Notes: generated by a model from the sequence alone, not told the origin. Positions 14,214 through 26,853 are shown, counted from the whole stretch's first letter. The stretch: 57,098 bases of DNA, filler included, from Catajapyx aquilonaris (GCA_000934665.2; 3 parts of 3 records of this genome joined end to end with filler, not necessarily neighbours in it), one strand, 5' to 3'. Numbers and translations are program-made.

Positions 14214-16869
14214 TTTAGATTTATTAGGAAGAAGCCAAAGCGACTATGGCTATCTGGCTATAGAAGAGACAAAGGTGCGACAAATGGAAAGAGAAACGAA
14301 GAAAAAGAAGAGAGGAAACGTCTCCTCTCTCAAAGGCATGTCCGACTTGGGTGGCCCTACCAGTAGACGAAGCTCTTGGGGTCACGGGAGAAACGCAAGC
14401 CCCCCCCCCCCTCCCATCACCACTGAAGGATAGGCGTGCATCCGCTGAAGGATAGGCGTGATGGATCCGCCGAGAAGGAAGGTTAGGTAATGGGTTATGT
14501 CGGTGCAGCGTGCCCCTACCCCTGCCACATTTCGGTCTCCCATTACAAAAGTCCTTCCGAATTCTGTTGCAATAGATGCTCCATATCGACAACATACAGT
14601 TTTTGGGGTCACCCTTATCAGTCGTAACCCATTATAAATTTAGGATCTCTTCATCATCTCATCGCGTCGCATATAGTGTTCAATATGCAACCACGACATC
14701 CTTCAATAGCCCAATAAAAAAAAAGCATGTATCGCTCGTCGATATCAACTTCCCTGTGCACGTACGTCGAATTGGGATGCTGTCGGCAACCCCTACAGAC
14801 AAGTATCGATTCCCCGGGAACGATATAAAAATCTCAGCCCCAGTGTCCAGAATGACCTCCTCCTCATCCTGTATGTTTCAGAAGGAATAGTGGTGGAGGA
14901 AGGAGGGGTAAGACGCGTAGAGGGGCGTTTGGAAGCCATGAATACTGCAAGTTGACAGGGACTGAGGAATTCTAGGGGCGTATATGCCTTGAAAAATTGA
15001 TGAGATTGGAGAAGCATGCATTTCCTGAAAGGAAGATGTGGGAGGAGGATTGGCTCTCTCTTTTTTTTGGACTTTTTTTCGGAGTGGTCTCTTCGGGGTG
15101 GGGGTAATGTGGTTTATGGTCACACGTATGGGCCACCCGTTGGGAATCGCGAGGTTACACTGGTGGAAAAAAAAACACAAAGTTGAAGAGAAGGGTGGGC
15201 TACTTGAAGCGTCTATTTCCGTGCTTGTTTTGCGAAGGAATCGATTCTGAACTCGGTTGGACTTGGAACCCATTTTCTGGAGCCCCCTGTTGTGTGTACC
15301 AGAGAAAACTTTTTGAGAGGGAAAAAAATATGCATTTTTTTTTGTTGGTCGCCACAAGTTCGATTCGCAAGCTATGTGCAGATGTCGCCTGGTTTTCTGA
15401 CTGCGATATAAATCTGCGAATTTTGGGAGGGGCTTGGAAGTGAGGCTGTGCGCAACATTGTTTTCATCTATTGAATGAATCTCGTTTGACCTACATTGGC
15501 GAGTAGGATTCTGACTTTATGTTCAACAATACCCCCCCAAAAATGGGATTGTATGAATCGCATTATTTTTATTGCTATTGGATGAACGGAAATATGCAAG
15601 CAACTTTTTTTTTTGCGAAATTATTGCAAAGTGCAGTGTTGTTGGGTTGAGAACATGTTAACTTTCCCACCAGTGCATGTCGAGCTGACCCTTTTTTTTT
15701 TTCTGTGAGACTTTCTGGGAAGAAAATGAGGCACCGAATGTCCCAAGTGAGTAATGAGTGCAGTGGTGCATCTGCGTGCGTAATTTCCGTGCGTAAAATA
15801 ATTAGCAGACCAGAACTAGATGTTATCTGCATGAGAGTACTGTACATTGTGAGGAATATCCTGCTTGGAATGATTATTTTTCTGTTGTATTTATTTTATT
15901 TAAGTAGTGATACACCCATGGTTTTTTTTAAATAACCTTATTGAACCCATAGATATCCTAACCACCGGGAAAATTTTGCGCGGATATTCCAGGAAAGATT
16001 GATTACTTCATTCATAGCTGAGGATAATTAAAAATAATGAAGGTTTGTACTGCGCCAATAATCGAAGCTTTCACGCGAGGAAAATCGTTGGATTGCATGT
16101 GCCGGAAAGCCCCCTCCAAAAAATATTTGGGAAGTTGATTTTTGCATATTAAATTTTTTTTTTGAACGGGTGTTAAAATATTGACAGGGCTCACCTAAAC
16201 ACGTTTGGCTAATGAGTGTTTATATTAAATGGCAGTTATTATTGCATCGTATAAATTTTAATGGCCTATTTTGCACGTTTGCAATGCGGCAGTCGGGCTA
16301 ATGGAAATTTAATTTCAAAATTGTTGGGGCCGGGGTGAAAAATTGACAAGTTGGCAAACATTGTGTTTTTTTTTGTCCTGCTGTGCAAATAAAATCGTTC
16401 GAGAGGATACACACACACAAAAAAAAAAAAACCCGGTTGTTTACGCTTTTCTTCCAGTTGATCTAAACGGACATAAAAGGAATTCGGATCGAAGATTTTC
16501 CGTGACAAAATAATAGTATTACTTCCCGCTTTATCAGCGACCGTTAGGATTCACTTTAGCAGCCCTTTTTTTTTTATAGAGATGGTTGAACCTTCTCTCT
16601 TGTTTTAGTTTACTAAAACTGGGTTTTATAGTTCTCTCGACCTTCCCACCTCGATTCTGTGACGCCCCATAAAGGGGGGCTGGGCTGGAGAGAAATGCTT
16701 CCCTGGACGCCCTGTTTTCATTCCCGTAATGCAGAGTTATAGTAATTCTTCTTCATGAAATGCTGAGTTGGTAAGGGTAAACATTTCATTTTTTTTAAAA
16801 AAAAAGAGAGGGAGAGAAAGGTCCTTGTTTATGGTTTTTTATCGTTAGGGCCAGCGGTTGTAAACCCCG

Positions 16870-16935
16870 GTTATTATATATACGCGCTTGTGACGTCAAT
16901 GGCGGAAAAAGGGGGGCTATCGTCGATGACGCACC
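16870..16935 (-). promoter_or_regulatory. Candidate CRE + TATA promoter
   Basis: On the minus strand: TGCGTCA (plus-strand TGACGCA at 16927), then TGACGTCA (16891-16898), then TATATATAA about 10 nt downstream. Confidence 0.35.
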
Positions 16936-18789
16936 CCCATATACAGGCTGGATAATGGTCAAGTGAAGTACTGTACACAACGCTTAAGGCAGGCTTATAT
17001 ATTTTTAGAGGGCCTGACTTGATTTTTTTTTTTTAAAAAAAAAGGTCGATAATGGTGGGAGCGAAACCGAAATTTCGCAGGAAATGTTGTACACATAATC
17101 CATTTATTCTCTCTGTCCACAAGTTGACTCATCGCCTATATAGTTAGTATAGTTTTCACTTTCCCAGTTCAACAATAATCGCGGTCAGAGAGGGTGAGAC
17201 CCACTTCAATGGAGGCGAGACTATAGCACCCTGGTGGGCTTTGTCCGCGAGTGACTCATCACCAACGTGCGTATGGTACTACTTCCCCCCCCCCCCCTGA
17301 GAGCAGCAGTAGTGTGCAGAGGGATATCCTATACGCCAACTGGTAGTGTATCGTACTATGTCCGAGTGGGATGAGGGTGAAGCAGTGTTGTCAAATTTGG
17401 CAACAAGTCCTCTACTAGTTGGGGCGAGATTGTGCCAGCGCATTTTTTAGACAACAGTGCTCCCTACCGCGAATTTTGCCAATCTTGACTATACCTCAAT
17501 GTAGTAAAATATGTGTAAATTCGCTTGCTGCCAGTAGGGCGCAATGTTGATCCCCCCCAAAAAATGCGCTGGCACAATCTCATCCCACCTGCCACAATCT
17601 CACCTCTTTTGAGGGTATATTTTATCCGGTAGTTTTGTTTGTGTACTTTACGTGCCTTATAGTTATCCTTACTCGAGAGCCACACGCGAGCCTGGGATGT
17701 TCGCAGGGATGCCGAACCGACAGGATAAATGCACATGAATCGTCGCCATCACAACAGACTAAGACTCGAGAAAAAAAAAAGTCATGATATTTTTTTGGGG
17801 GGTTGAACCCTTGGTTGAACCAGGACAGCCTTTTTCCTGGGATAAAAGTGGCATTATTCTCCGGACTTTTTCCCGATAGTCCAGCACGCACCCAGAATAG
17901 CACGCAGAGGAAGTGTGTGGGCTTTTTTTCTCTCTCCCAGATTCAACCCACGGGCTCAGCTTCCCCGATCTCTCTCTCTCTCTCGTGTGCTGTAGGAATA
18001 TATACCCAGAGAATAATACTATAAAAAGGGTAGACCTTTGTCGTGTAGGAGGCCGGAGAGAGAAAACTTTTTTTTTTTTTCTTCTTGAACAATTTTTTCC
18101 CTCCTGCTGGCCCATTATGTCTGCAGATTATTTCCTGCCGTGGGTTTTTCTCTCTCCGCCAATCGGAACCCGGAACCGAAATTATAAATCTACCCGCTGC
18201 AGGAGATGAGGAGTCAGCTGCAAAGAAGTTTAACCCCCCCGGCGGGTTACTTAACGATATTAAGTCGGGGGGGTTTCAGGTTGTGGAGATTAATGGGGGC
18301 GGTAGGGTCCTTGCAAAGTACGATTTCGGTGGGTCCGGTTTAATGACCTCGGGACGGTACTTAATTAAGAGACAGTTTCATAATAGGCGTGGGGGGGGGG
18401 GGANGTATGTACTCTCACATACGCGGTTTAGGGGGTGGGGGGGGGGGATGAGTGGTGTAATGCCCCCCTCTCTCGCCATCACCTTTTTGTCTTTTTCCGA
18501 CCCCAATCGATAGCTCACTCTACATGGATTGGGGGGTGCGACTGCAAAATTTGGTCCTCATAACACTGACAGGGAGAGAAAGAAATCCACTAATTTCAAA
18601 AAAACAACAAAATCAGCATATTAGAAAATTATCGGAGGCAAATATTGGACATTGCGCACTTAACATGAAGACAGGAAATCGTGGCTTGCAGTTGCTGGCT
18701 CATTATGAATATTTGGGACAAAATTGCAGCTTACTAGTAGTTGGGGGTGTAAGTAACACAAAAATCCACAAAATAAAAACTAATAGATA

Positions 18790-19830
18790 AAACTACCTGA
18801 CAGAACTTAAACCGATAAAATCACTGATTAAACTAACTTATGGAATTAATAAAAAACTGCTCGACAAAAATAAACTGCCTGACAAAAATAAACTGCCTGA
18901 CAAAAATAAACTGCCTGACAAAACTCACTAAGCAATCTAAGTGACAAAATAATAAAACTCTAACGAAATTAATAAAAACTGATAAAACTAACCAATGAAT
19001 TATTAGTAATAAAACTGATAAAAGTAACTAATGAATTATTATTAATAAATACTGATAAAACTAACTAATGAATTATTATTATTAATAAATACTGAAAACT
19101 AACTAATGAATTATTATTAATAAAAACTGATAAAAGTACTAACTAATGAATTATTATTAATAAAAATTGATGAAACTAACCAATGAAATATTATTAATAA
19201 AAACTGATAAAACTAACCAATGAATTATTAGTAATAAAAACTGATAAAACTGAATAAAATCTAACTTGCGAAATCCGATAAAGCTTATAAAATGTAAATT
19301 ATAAAATCTGATAAAACTAATAAAATCTAACGTAAAACCTAGCTGATAAAGTAACTAATAAAAAACAGCTCATAAAACTGAATGATAAAATAAGTAATGA
19401 AACTAATGCAACTGAAAAACTAACTGATAAAATTACAGGTTTATTAGTTTTGTCGGTTATTTTTATCCGTTTATTAGTTTCGTCAGTTATTTTTATCCGT
19501 GTATTAGTTTTGTCAGTTATTTTATCAGTTTATTAGTTTTGTCAGTTATTTTATCAGTTTGTTAGTTTTTATTGGAGAGTTCACTACCTTTATTGGAGAG
19601 TTTACTACTTTTATTGGAGAGTTCACTACTTTTATTGGAGAGTTCACTACTTTTATTGGATAGTTCACTACTTTTATTGGAGAGCTCGTTAGTTTTACCA
19701 GTTAGTTCATTAGCTGCATTAGTTTTATCAGTTAGTTTCAGCTAATAAAACTAATTAAAACTAATAAAGCAACTGATGAAAGTAATACACCGACCTATAA
19801 GGCGACCTAATAAAACGATCTAATAAAATA
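18790..19830. repeat. AT-rich compound minisatellite / foldback-like array
   Basis: 18-bp ctgacaaaaataaactgc x3; about 36-bp actgataaaactaactaatgaattattattaataaa x6-7; then inverted-orientation ttattagttttgtcagttattttatcagt units; 21-bp ttttattggagagttcactac x5. Confidence 0.85.
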
Positions 19831-20074
19831 ACGGAATAACTGATTAGACAATATTGATGTGCTTCATTTGCGTGCATATTTTCCAACAATGTGATGTGGG
19901 GCAGAAAAAAGTGTGTTTCCAAAGGAGGTGGGAGCGGTCAAAACGGCAACAATGGTGTGTAATTTAATCCTGGGGCAATCCAATTTGTGTTAGGAGACCC
20001 GGGGAAGGCTTTTCATTCGTCACACCGAAATAATCCTGGTGGGTTTTTGGTGATGGTAAAATGAAGCCTGTGGG

Positions 20075-20174
20075 NNNNNNNNNNNNNNNNNNNNNNNNNN
20101 NNNNNNNNNNNNNNNNNNTTAATTAATTAANNNNNNNNNNNNNNNNNNNNNNNNNNNNNNNNNNNNNNNNNNNN
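20075..20174. other. Artificial scaffold-joining spacer
   Basis: 44 N + TTAATTAATTAA (stops in all six frames) + 44 N = 100 nt. Confidence 0.95.
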
Positions 20175-22888
20175 CTTGTGGCGCCGCAGGCCAACGAACG
20201 TTATTGTGGCTTTGCCACATCCACATCCGCAACACCCACATCTACGCCACCACAAGGCGGACAGTATTTCTACGAACACACAACCCCCAAACTACGTTTA
20301 AAATTACCATGGATATTCGTTCACTCAACAATGGGAGTAAACTGCTTCAACAAAGGAACACGACTTGTTTATTTTCATATATTCATTGTTATTACTTGCA
20401 ATTTCAAAATTCAATTACTCTTGCACCAAGCATTTCCACACACTAGGAATAGTGTCAGCAGACGCTTCCCGCATGACCTAGAGGAGTACATCAACAACAG
20501 TCGACCCTCCTTCATTCCTCCGGAAATGTCAGGAAGTTCTGTTCGATCAAGCCATGGTTCAAGGAGTGGACGTGTCAAGTCTCCACATCCGCGTGAAGGG
20601 TGAGCAGAAGCGTAATCTTATTATATATAATATTGTAGTGGACCCCTTGCCACCAGCAGGGACCATGGCCAGACGAGGCAGTGCCCGAGTTCCAGAACAC
20701 GTCAGTTCTCTCTAACCTGTCAATAACACAATGTGGCCAACAGGACCACTACAATATATAATTAGCTATATGTGTGTTTGTGGGGTGGGTGGCATGCGGG
20801 TTTGCTTGCGGAGGGGGGTGTGGGCTACCAAAGGAGTCTTGTGTCGTACTCTCACCAGTGATCATCCCAACTTGAATATCAACATTTGCACTGAGCAAGG
20901 TGGGGCGATTTGAATGTTGGGTGTACTCTTCATAATGACGACATATATGGAGGGGGTCTCACTGAAGAGGCCCAATCTTCCTTAGTATTATGCTAGCCAA
21001 CAGGACTTATATGGCCACATGTAGCTCACATGTAGGGCTACAACATACGTGAAAACCAGCGAAAAATAAAGGGGTATAATTTTAAAAATTAAACGTTTAA
21101 AATTTGCAATTTCAATCTTTTTAACGCAAAAATTTAAAATTTTTAAATTAACCACAGAATAAGATTATATCAACCTTTCTGAGTAAATTGATATCAAAAG
21201 CACATCCGTCTCACGATTAGTTGCGGAGAAACAGCAAAAGAAAAATCGCTCTCAAAGAAAAGGCTCAAAATTACCCCACACCACCCCCAAAGAGAGAAAA
21301 CAAAAANTCAAAACACCTTTGGTACAATGTTTTAGCAGCGCTAGGTCACCATAACATGTGAATATCATTCAAATCCGCCACATCAAGGGTACAAAGGGGG
21401 CCCCACTGACATGGAATGACCCATATATCTCATATGGCTCCTGAGAAAATATCGGCCTAACTATTTAAAGCTGCATCAATTTTAATACAAATTCGAATAG
21501 TTAATATTTAATAACTTTTGAATGAAATACAAGAAAAATTTATAATGGTGTCCATTCATAATTATGTAAGGGCACTTGATACATCAAGTTTCATTAAAAT
21601 CTGGAAAATGACCGAATATTTAGTGTGGTGATTTAACATGGATGTTCAGTTAATGCAGCTAAATCCAGAGGGACCTGATATATTTGTAATTAACAAAAAA
21701 TTGCTCCAGTCAATCATTCAAGCCTAGTGTGAAGGACATGATGCAAGCTCTTGCATCTAATGAAGAATGTCCACACTTATGCACCCATAATGCTTTTGAG
21801 GTGTTGCATACTCGACTGTAGCCAACGCATGAAACACTGTATGCCCCTACAACACGTATTCGACACCAAATAAGAGTTCTAAGGTGGTTCTATAATAAGG
21901 TAATTCCGTGCCAGGTAAGTCCCAAACAGGACCAGTGAAATCAACTCACCTCTGTATACTTGTTGTCTCTATCTTCCCTGGACACTGCAGCCCAAGATGA
22001 GGCCCGGAACACCTCCAACTGACCCAAACTGATGACCTCTCTTTTGGGCCGATAGTACAGAGCAGATGGAACGAGAAAAAAAGCAAGATGGAGGACCGGG
22101 TGGGGTGGGTGGGGCTCCCGGTGGGGCTAGATCAATTGGAACGATCAGTTACAATCGATATCACACCTAGGTACATGTTTATGACATTTAACTACACATT
22201 TAAAATTAAATCATAATTAAATTAACGAAATTTACCACATTAGTTAGTGCCCCATCTGACAACCCTGCTTCCTTCATGTGTTCCGGTCGCCTTCTGGAAC
22301 ATTCGGCGTCCCCTCTCCAAACCCCTCTTGGCGTCTCTTGGTCTTATCGCACTGTCTTTGCATACTTGCATACCCCTCGAGGAGACGTGGTCCTGTGCTG
22401 GTGGCTGTAGGGAAAAATAGTAGCCAAGATCTGTCAACCGGCTCAAGCACCCAAGGCTCGTCACTAAGAGATGGACTACACGCCATTAAATTGGACCCCG
22501 ACAGTGTCACGTACGTATACACATTGCATTGCCGCATTACATATCATCATTTACATATGGTACTGAGGAATGCTAGTCCAGTACTTGTCCACTATAATTA
22601 GAACTAACTACTTGCCTAGAACTATGATAATATATACTGGTCCACGCTATTCAGTTACTAGGCACAGAATTAATGTTGGTACCGGTAGTGCCCATACTTT
22701 TCATCTTGGGCAACAGAATTATTCCATTGACTTTTGGCATGCAATTAGAACAAAAAAAGTTGGCAAAAACTGTACCTAGCAGCTATACAATGGTCCAGAA
22801 CAAAATCAATTATTAACTAGGTGATAGGTCAATGACCTTGCACACTTTTTGCAGTGAGTACTCTCTCATTGCAACACTTAAATTGCAG

Positions 22889-23388
22889 GTGATATGGTGG
22901 AGGATTGGATCGCGGATCTGCGTCGTCGTAACTGGTTGGAGGTCCAGAGTGTGCTGAACCGAACGAGAAGATCGACATTTGAATGTGGAACGACAAAGTT
23001 GATCTTCGACACGTCCACGCAATTGGGGATGAGCCCAGCCATACGCTACTTGAGCGTAGAGCTGTTTAATCGCTTTACGGAGAAGCACGAGCAGAACCTC
23101 AACACCTACCTGATTGATATGCTTCGGGATGAGCGGAGTTGGGTAGGCACCATGCATTACCAGCTCAGAAAGCAGCAAGAGTGGGCAAAAATGATGAAGC
23201 TAGCCGATGAGCAGGTGACCCTCCGGGTGCTCAGTTGTATGCAGCTTGCATCCAAAGTTGTGGAGCAGTATCAGGAGCTCAGCCCTCAAAAGGTCCAGCA
23301 GTACCTGAAGGATGAGCTGAAGAAAGGATACACCCTGAAGAGCATCCTTGCTTCAGAAATCAGGGTGCTCAGCACTCTATCCTTCCAG
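22889..23388 (+). CDS. CNTD1: CNTD1 coding exon (first cyclin box)
   Basis: Acceptor ttgcag before 22889, ATG at 22894, donor CAG|gtactt at 23389; encodes YLSVELFNRF and LRVLSCMQLASK. Confidence 0.88.
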
Positions 23389-24377
23389 GTACTTGATGTG
23401 GTTGCGATATAAATCATATTTCAGGTAGTCCAGCAAGTAACACAAACACTTGCTAAAGTGGCACAGTTGCTTGTTACAGCTAGCTTGGGACCTTGGGTAC
23501 AGAAGCAGTAACCTACAATAATAAAAATAATACACTGCATGCTATGACAAAAACTTGCAACTTAACATAGAAATGCATTCCTCTTTGTTGAACAAACTAA
23601 ATGACTGGCATTATTAAATTTTAAGATGTTGGTGCCCACCCCGTTGGATTACGTGGAGTCTCTCCTGGCAGTACAAAGCGAAAGGGTGAAGACCCGCATC
23701 TTCTACCAGGCCTGTGTAGGACTCATTAATATATCCTATTTGGAACATAGGAAAATTTATGATCGACTCTTAGCCTCAGCCACTGGAAAGATGATGATTA
23801 CTGAAGAGAACAAGTGAGTCAATAATATCTGTAATCCACTGCTACAATATTAGAGAAAAATCTGCCTATAGCTGTTAGAAACGCTACATTCCACTGCATG
23901 CAGCAGTTTTCAATATGTGCAAAAGAAATACTGGAAATACCGGTACGTTCAAAATGTGAAGAGTCCATGTAAAATGGCAAGTGTTGATAGCAATATTAAA
24001 GCAACAATCATAATTAGAAATCAACTTGCTTGTGAAGCCAGCATCATGTCCAAGTAGCATGGACTTGCATGGTTATTTCATATTAATTGCTACGAGCAGC
24101 AGTGAATCACTAATTTGTGTCTAACGTAGATCCTTCTGCTCCACTTCCCAGCAGGGCAAATTTTGCTTGTATTGAGGCGGACTACCTCTACCTTGGAAGC
24201 GCCGTGGTGACTGCAGCGTCATACTTAGTGTGCCAGGACCAGACACCAGAGATACTCTTAACCCTAAACGCCTTCACCGATCTGGTGGTCGATGAAATAG
24301 TCACATTGGGCACTCTCTTGGCAAGTCTCTTTGTGGAGATTGGCTTAGAAGAGAACAATAAGATGGAAGAGAAGTAA
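22889..24377 (+). CDS. CNTD1: Cyclin N-terminal domain-containing protein 1 (CNTD1/COSA-1), meiotic crossover designation factor; spliced gene, 5' end uncertain
   Basis: Exons 22889(ATG 22894)-23388, 23626-23813 and 24155(or 24152)-24377 join with GT-AG boundaries and matching phases (0, then 2), giving about 301 aa from Met 22894. Motifs LRVLSCMQLASK, ILASEIRVLSTLSFQMLVPTPLDYVESLL, EHRKIYDRLLASA and ADYLYLGSAVVTAAS match my recollection of vertebrate CNTD1 (LRLVSCVQLASK, ESELDVLKSLNFRINLPTPLAYVETLL, EPIYESLLRAS, EDFMLLAVGIIAAS). An upstream exon is likely (acceptor ttgcag at 22883-22888) but was not located. Confidence 0.88.
23626..23813 (+). CDS. CNTD1: CNTD1 coding exon
   Basis: Acceptor ttttaag|ATG, donor AA|gtgagt; encodes PTPLDYVESLL. 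Confidence 0.88.
24155..24377 (+). CDS. CNTD1: CNTD1 terminal coding exon
   Basis: Tandem acceptor cttcccagcag, phase 2 matches the previous donor; stop TAA at 24375-24377. Confidence 0.85.
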
Positions 24378-24465
24378 TACGTAGCTAGGTCAAAGAGACG
24401 ATATGCATATCACATTCTTGCCACCTATATTATCTGATATGTATATTATATACTGTGTATTTGTT

Positions 24466-24820
24466 CACACTAAGCAAATCGTAAAGTTCTGCCACAACCT
24501 AATGTGCACATAAACCTGTATATAGAATGAATTTCTTGTTGGATTATTTGTCGTTGTGATACGTCAGATGCAATTTGTTACTATTTGGTTTGCACTCTAA
24601 GCACATTGTAAAGTTCAGTCACAACATAATGTGGACACCTCTGTATAGAGTGGATTACTTGTTGGTTTATTTGTATTGACATGTTTCCGGATTATATGCT
24701 GACACTAAGCAGTAAGTTGTAAAGTTCTGCCACAATGTACTGTGCACACGCCTGGATTTCTTTTTGGTTTTGACTCTATAAGCAAATTGTGAAGTTCCAC
24801 TGCAATATAAGATGCTCAGA
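24466..24820 (+). repeat. Degenerate tandem repeat (about 4 copies) in the CNTD1 3' region
   Basis: Recurrent acactaagcaaattgtaaagttctgccacaa-like core at about 24466, 24592, 24701 and 24773. Confidence 0.7.
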
Positions 24821-26853
24821 CAAACATAATATGAAACGTTGTGTAAAATTTTATGTAGGGGAGATCGGGGTCGGTTATTCAGTGTAACACTTTTTATTCT
24901 GAATTTTTAAATTCTGTTACATATGCATTTAGGCAAAAGTTTATGACAGGGTGGAAATAAGGCAACATTCCTCTACCGGTATGTAAAATTAACAGTATAA
25001 AATCTTAAGATTAAAAATTGATAGATTTATAAATATTTTTACAAGGCAATACAGAGTGTATTACAACTGACCCCATCATAGGGGCGGTTGTAACAGAGGA
25101 CAGGGTCGATTGTAACACTATGTCTTAAATGGTAAATGTACGTAATATGGAAGAACAGTTTCACCCACTCATCTTCTCGGCAATTGTCTTTATAGCCTAC
25201 TTGATCCATAGCTATAGATGGCTCTTTATTCTCTCGATACACTGGAATTTATTCAGCAGTCTGACATCTTTTCTCCAACTGAACCTGCGTTACTGATCTA
25301 GTCAGGGTGTGACCCGAGGTAAGGGGGTCACACAATGTATTGTACTGTATAAACTATAAAGCATATACGATATACCTACCAGCTGTGTCCTTCTTTCTGA
25401 AGATTTGGAAATGGCCACCTTACCTGCCACAGAAGGCCTAAAAAGGGAAATGTCCACTAAAAGAAAAGAATAGATTCCGACACATGAAGAGCATCGACTC
25501 TCACACTCTTCAAAAAACAAAACAAAAAAGGATAAGAAACTGCGTATGTTCACAAATTATTCCGTCTGCAGTAGCCTACACAAGTTGCTGTATATACCAT
25601 GCATACACATTGTTTTTAGAGCGCTTAAAACTTGTCATAGCTAAAATCCTGCTCTATTGGAAAAATACTTGTGAATCGCTGCGAGAGCCAATAATAAATT
25701 GATATGAAGAAATATGAAGAAAAAGATAACTAACTCTGCTCGAGTATATGTGCAGGCAGCGCTCACCTACAATCCTGTAGTGTTAAGTACAAAATGAAGG
25801 ACTAAAAATTGTCAAAAAAAAATATCTAAAAATATGAACGTGGATCAGTTAAAACATAATAACTTAATAATGCAGACTGTTTGAAGCATTTATTATGCAC
25901 ATTTAATGGGAGGTTCATTGTTACAATTAATCATTTCGAATGGTTCAACGAGATTGATAGTATCTGATGCAGTTGTGAACTGGGTTGTCTGAAAATCAGA
26001 TATGACGCACATTTTCTAAATACAATTTTTTTTTGCCATTATTAGCTCAATATTAGCCACTAGATCAATGCAACACATGACAAACATCTACTGCATATGC
26101 GGGTAATTAGCTAGTACTGTAATACAGACCAATGTTTAACTCGAACGAATACTTGAGTAACGTATTTTAATGTTTAGAGGCAATCGCATGCTCTAAAATT
26201 GAAGCCTTTTTTATTCTAAATTTCTTTAATAATATACTGTACTTGCCTCCCTGAAGACCTGGCCAACCTCCCTCTGCACACAGAAATATTACTCGTAATT
26301 GACCTGGAATCTCAACAAGGAAGAATTTATTGAGGGATAATTAAGGTTCTTTATTAGCAAGCTTGTTTTTTCCCCCTCGATCCACAGATATGAGCACAAC
26401 ACGCATTATATGAAAAAAGTTCATCTGCATAACATATGTAGATGTAGATTCTGCTAGGTATGACGGTGATGATGGTGCTTCAATATTCCTTCGAGCGTTC
26501 TTCTCTGCATTTCTTGCTCCTCCTCCAGGTGGTTTATGTGAGCAGGAGCTCTTTCCTGCATCTGAGGAAGAGAACAGATAGTTGGCAAACTATTGGCCAT
26601 CACTCACTTTATAGAAACAGAGACATTAAATAGGACGTATGAAATCGTAGATTCGGTTATGATGAAGTAAAAAGGCGTAAGTTATGTATGAGTATAATAT
26701 TGTGTATTGTAGTACACAGCCTATACAGAGCATCTGTGCCCTTTTTGGAGATTTGGAAATGGTGTCACCCTTCATGAAATTATGGTCAATATTATGTGTT
26801 ATGAACATGTTCATAGGTCCCTCGTAATGAAGCAATATTAACTCCTACGAAGT

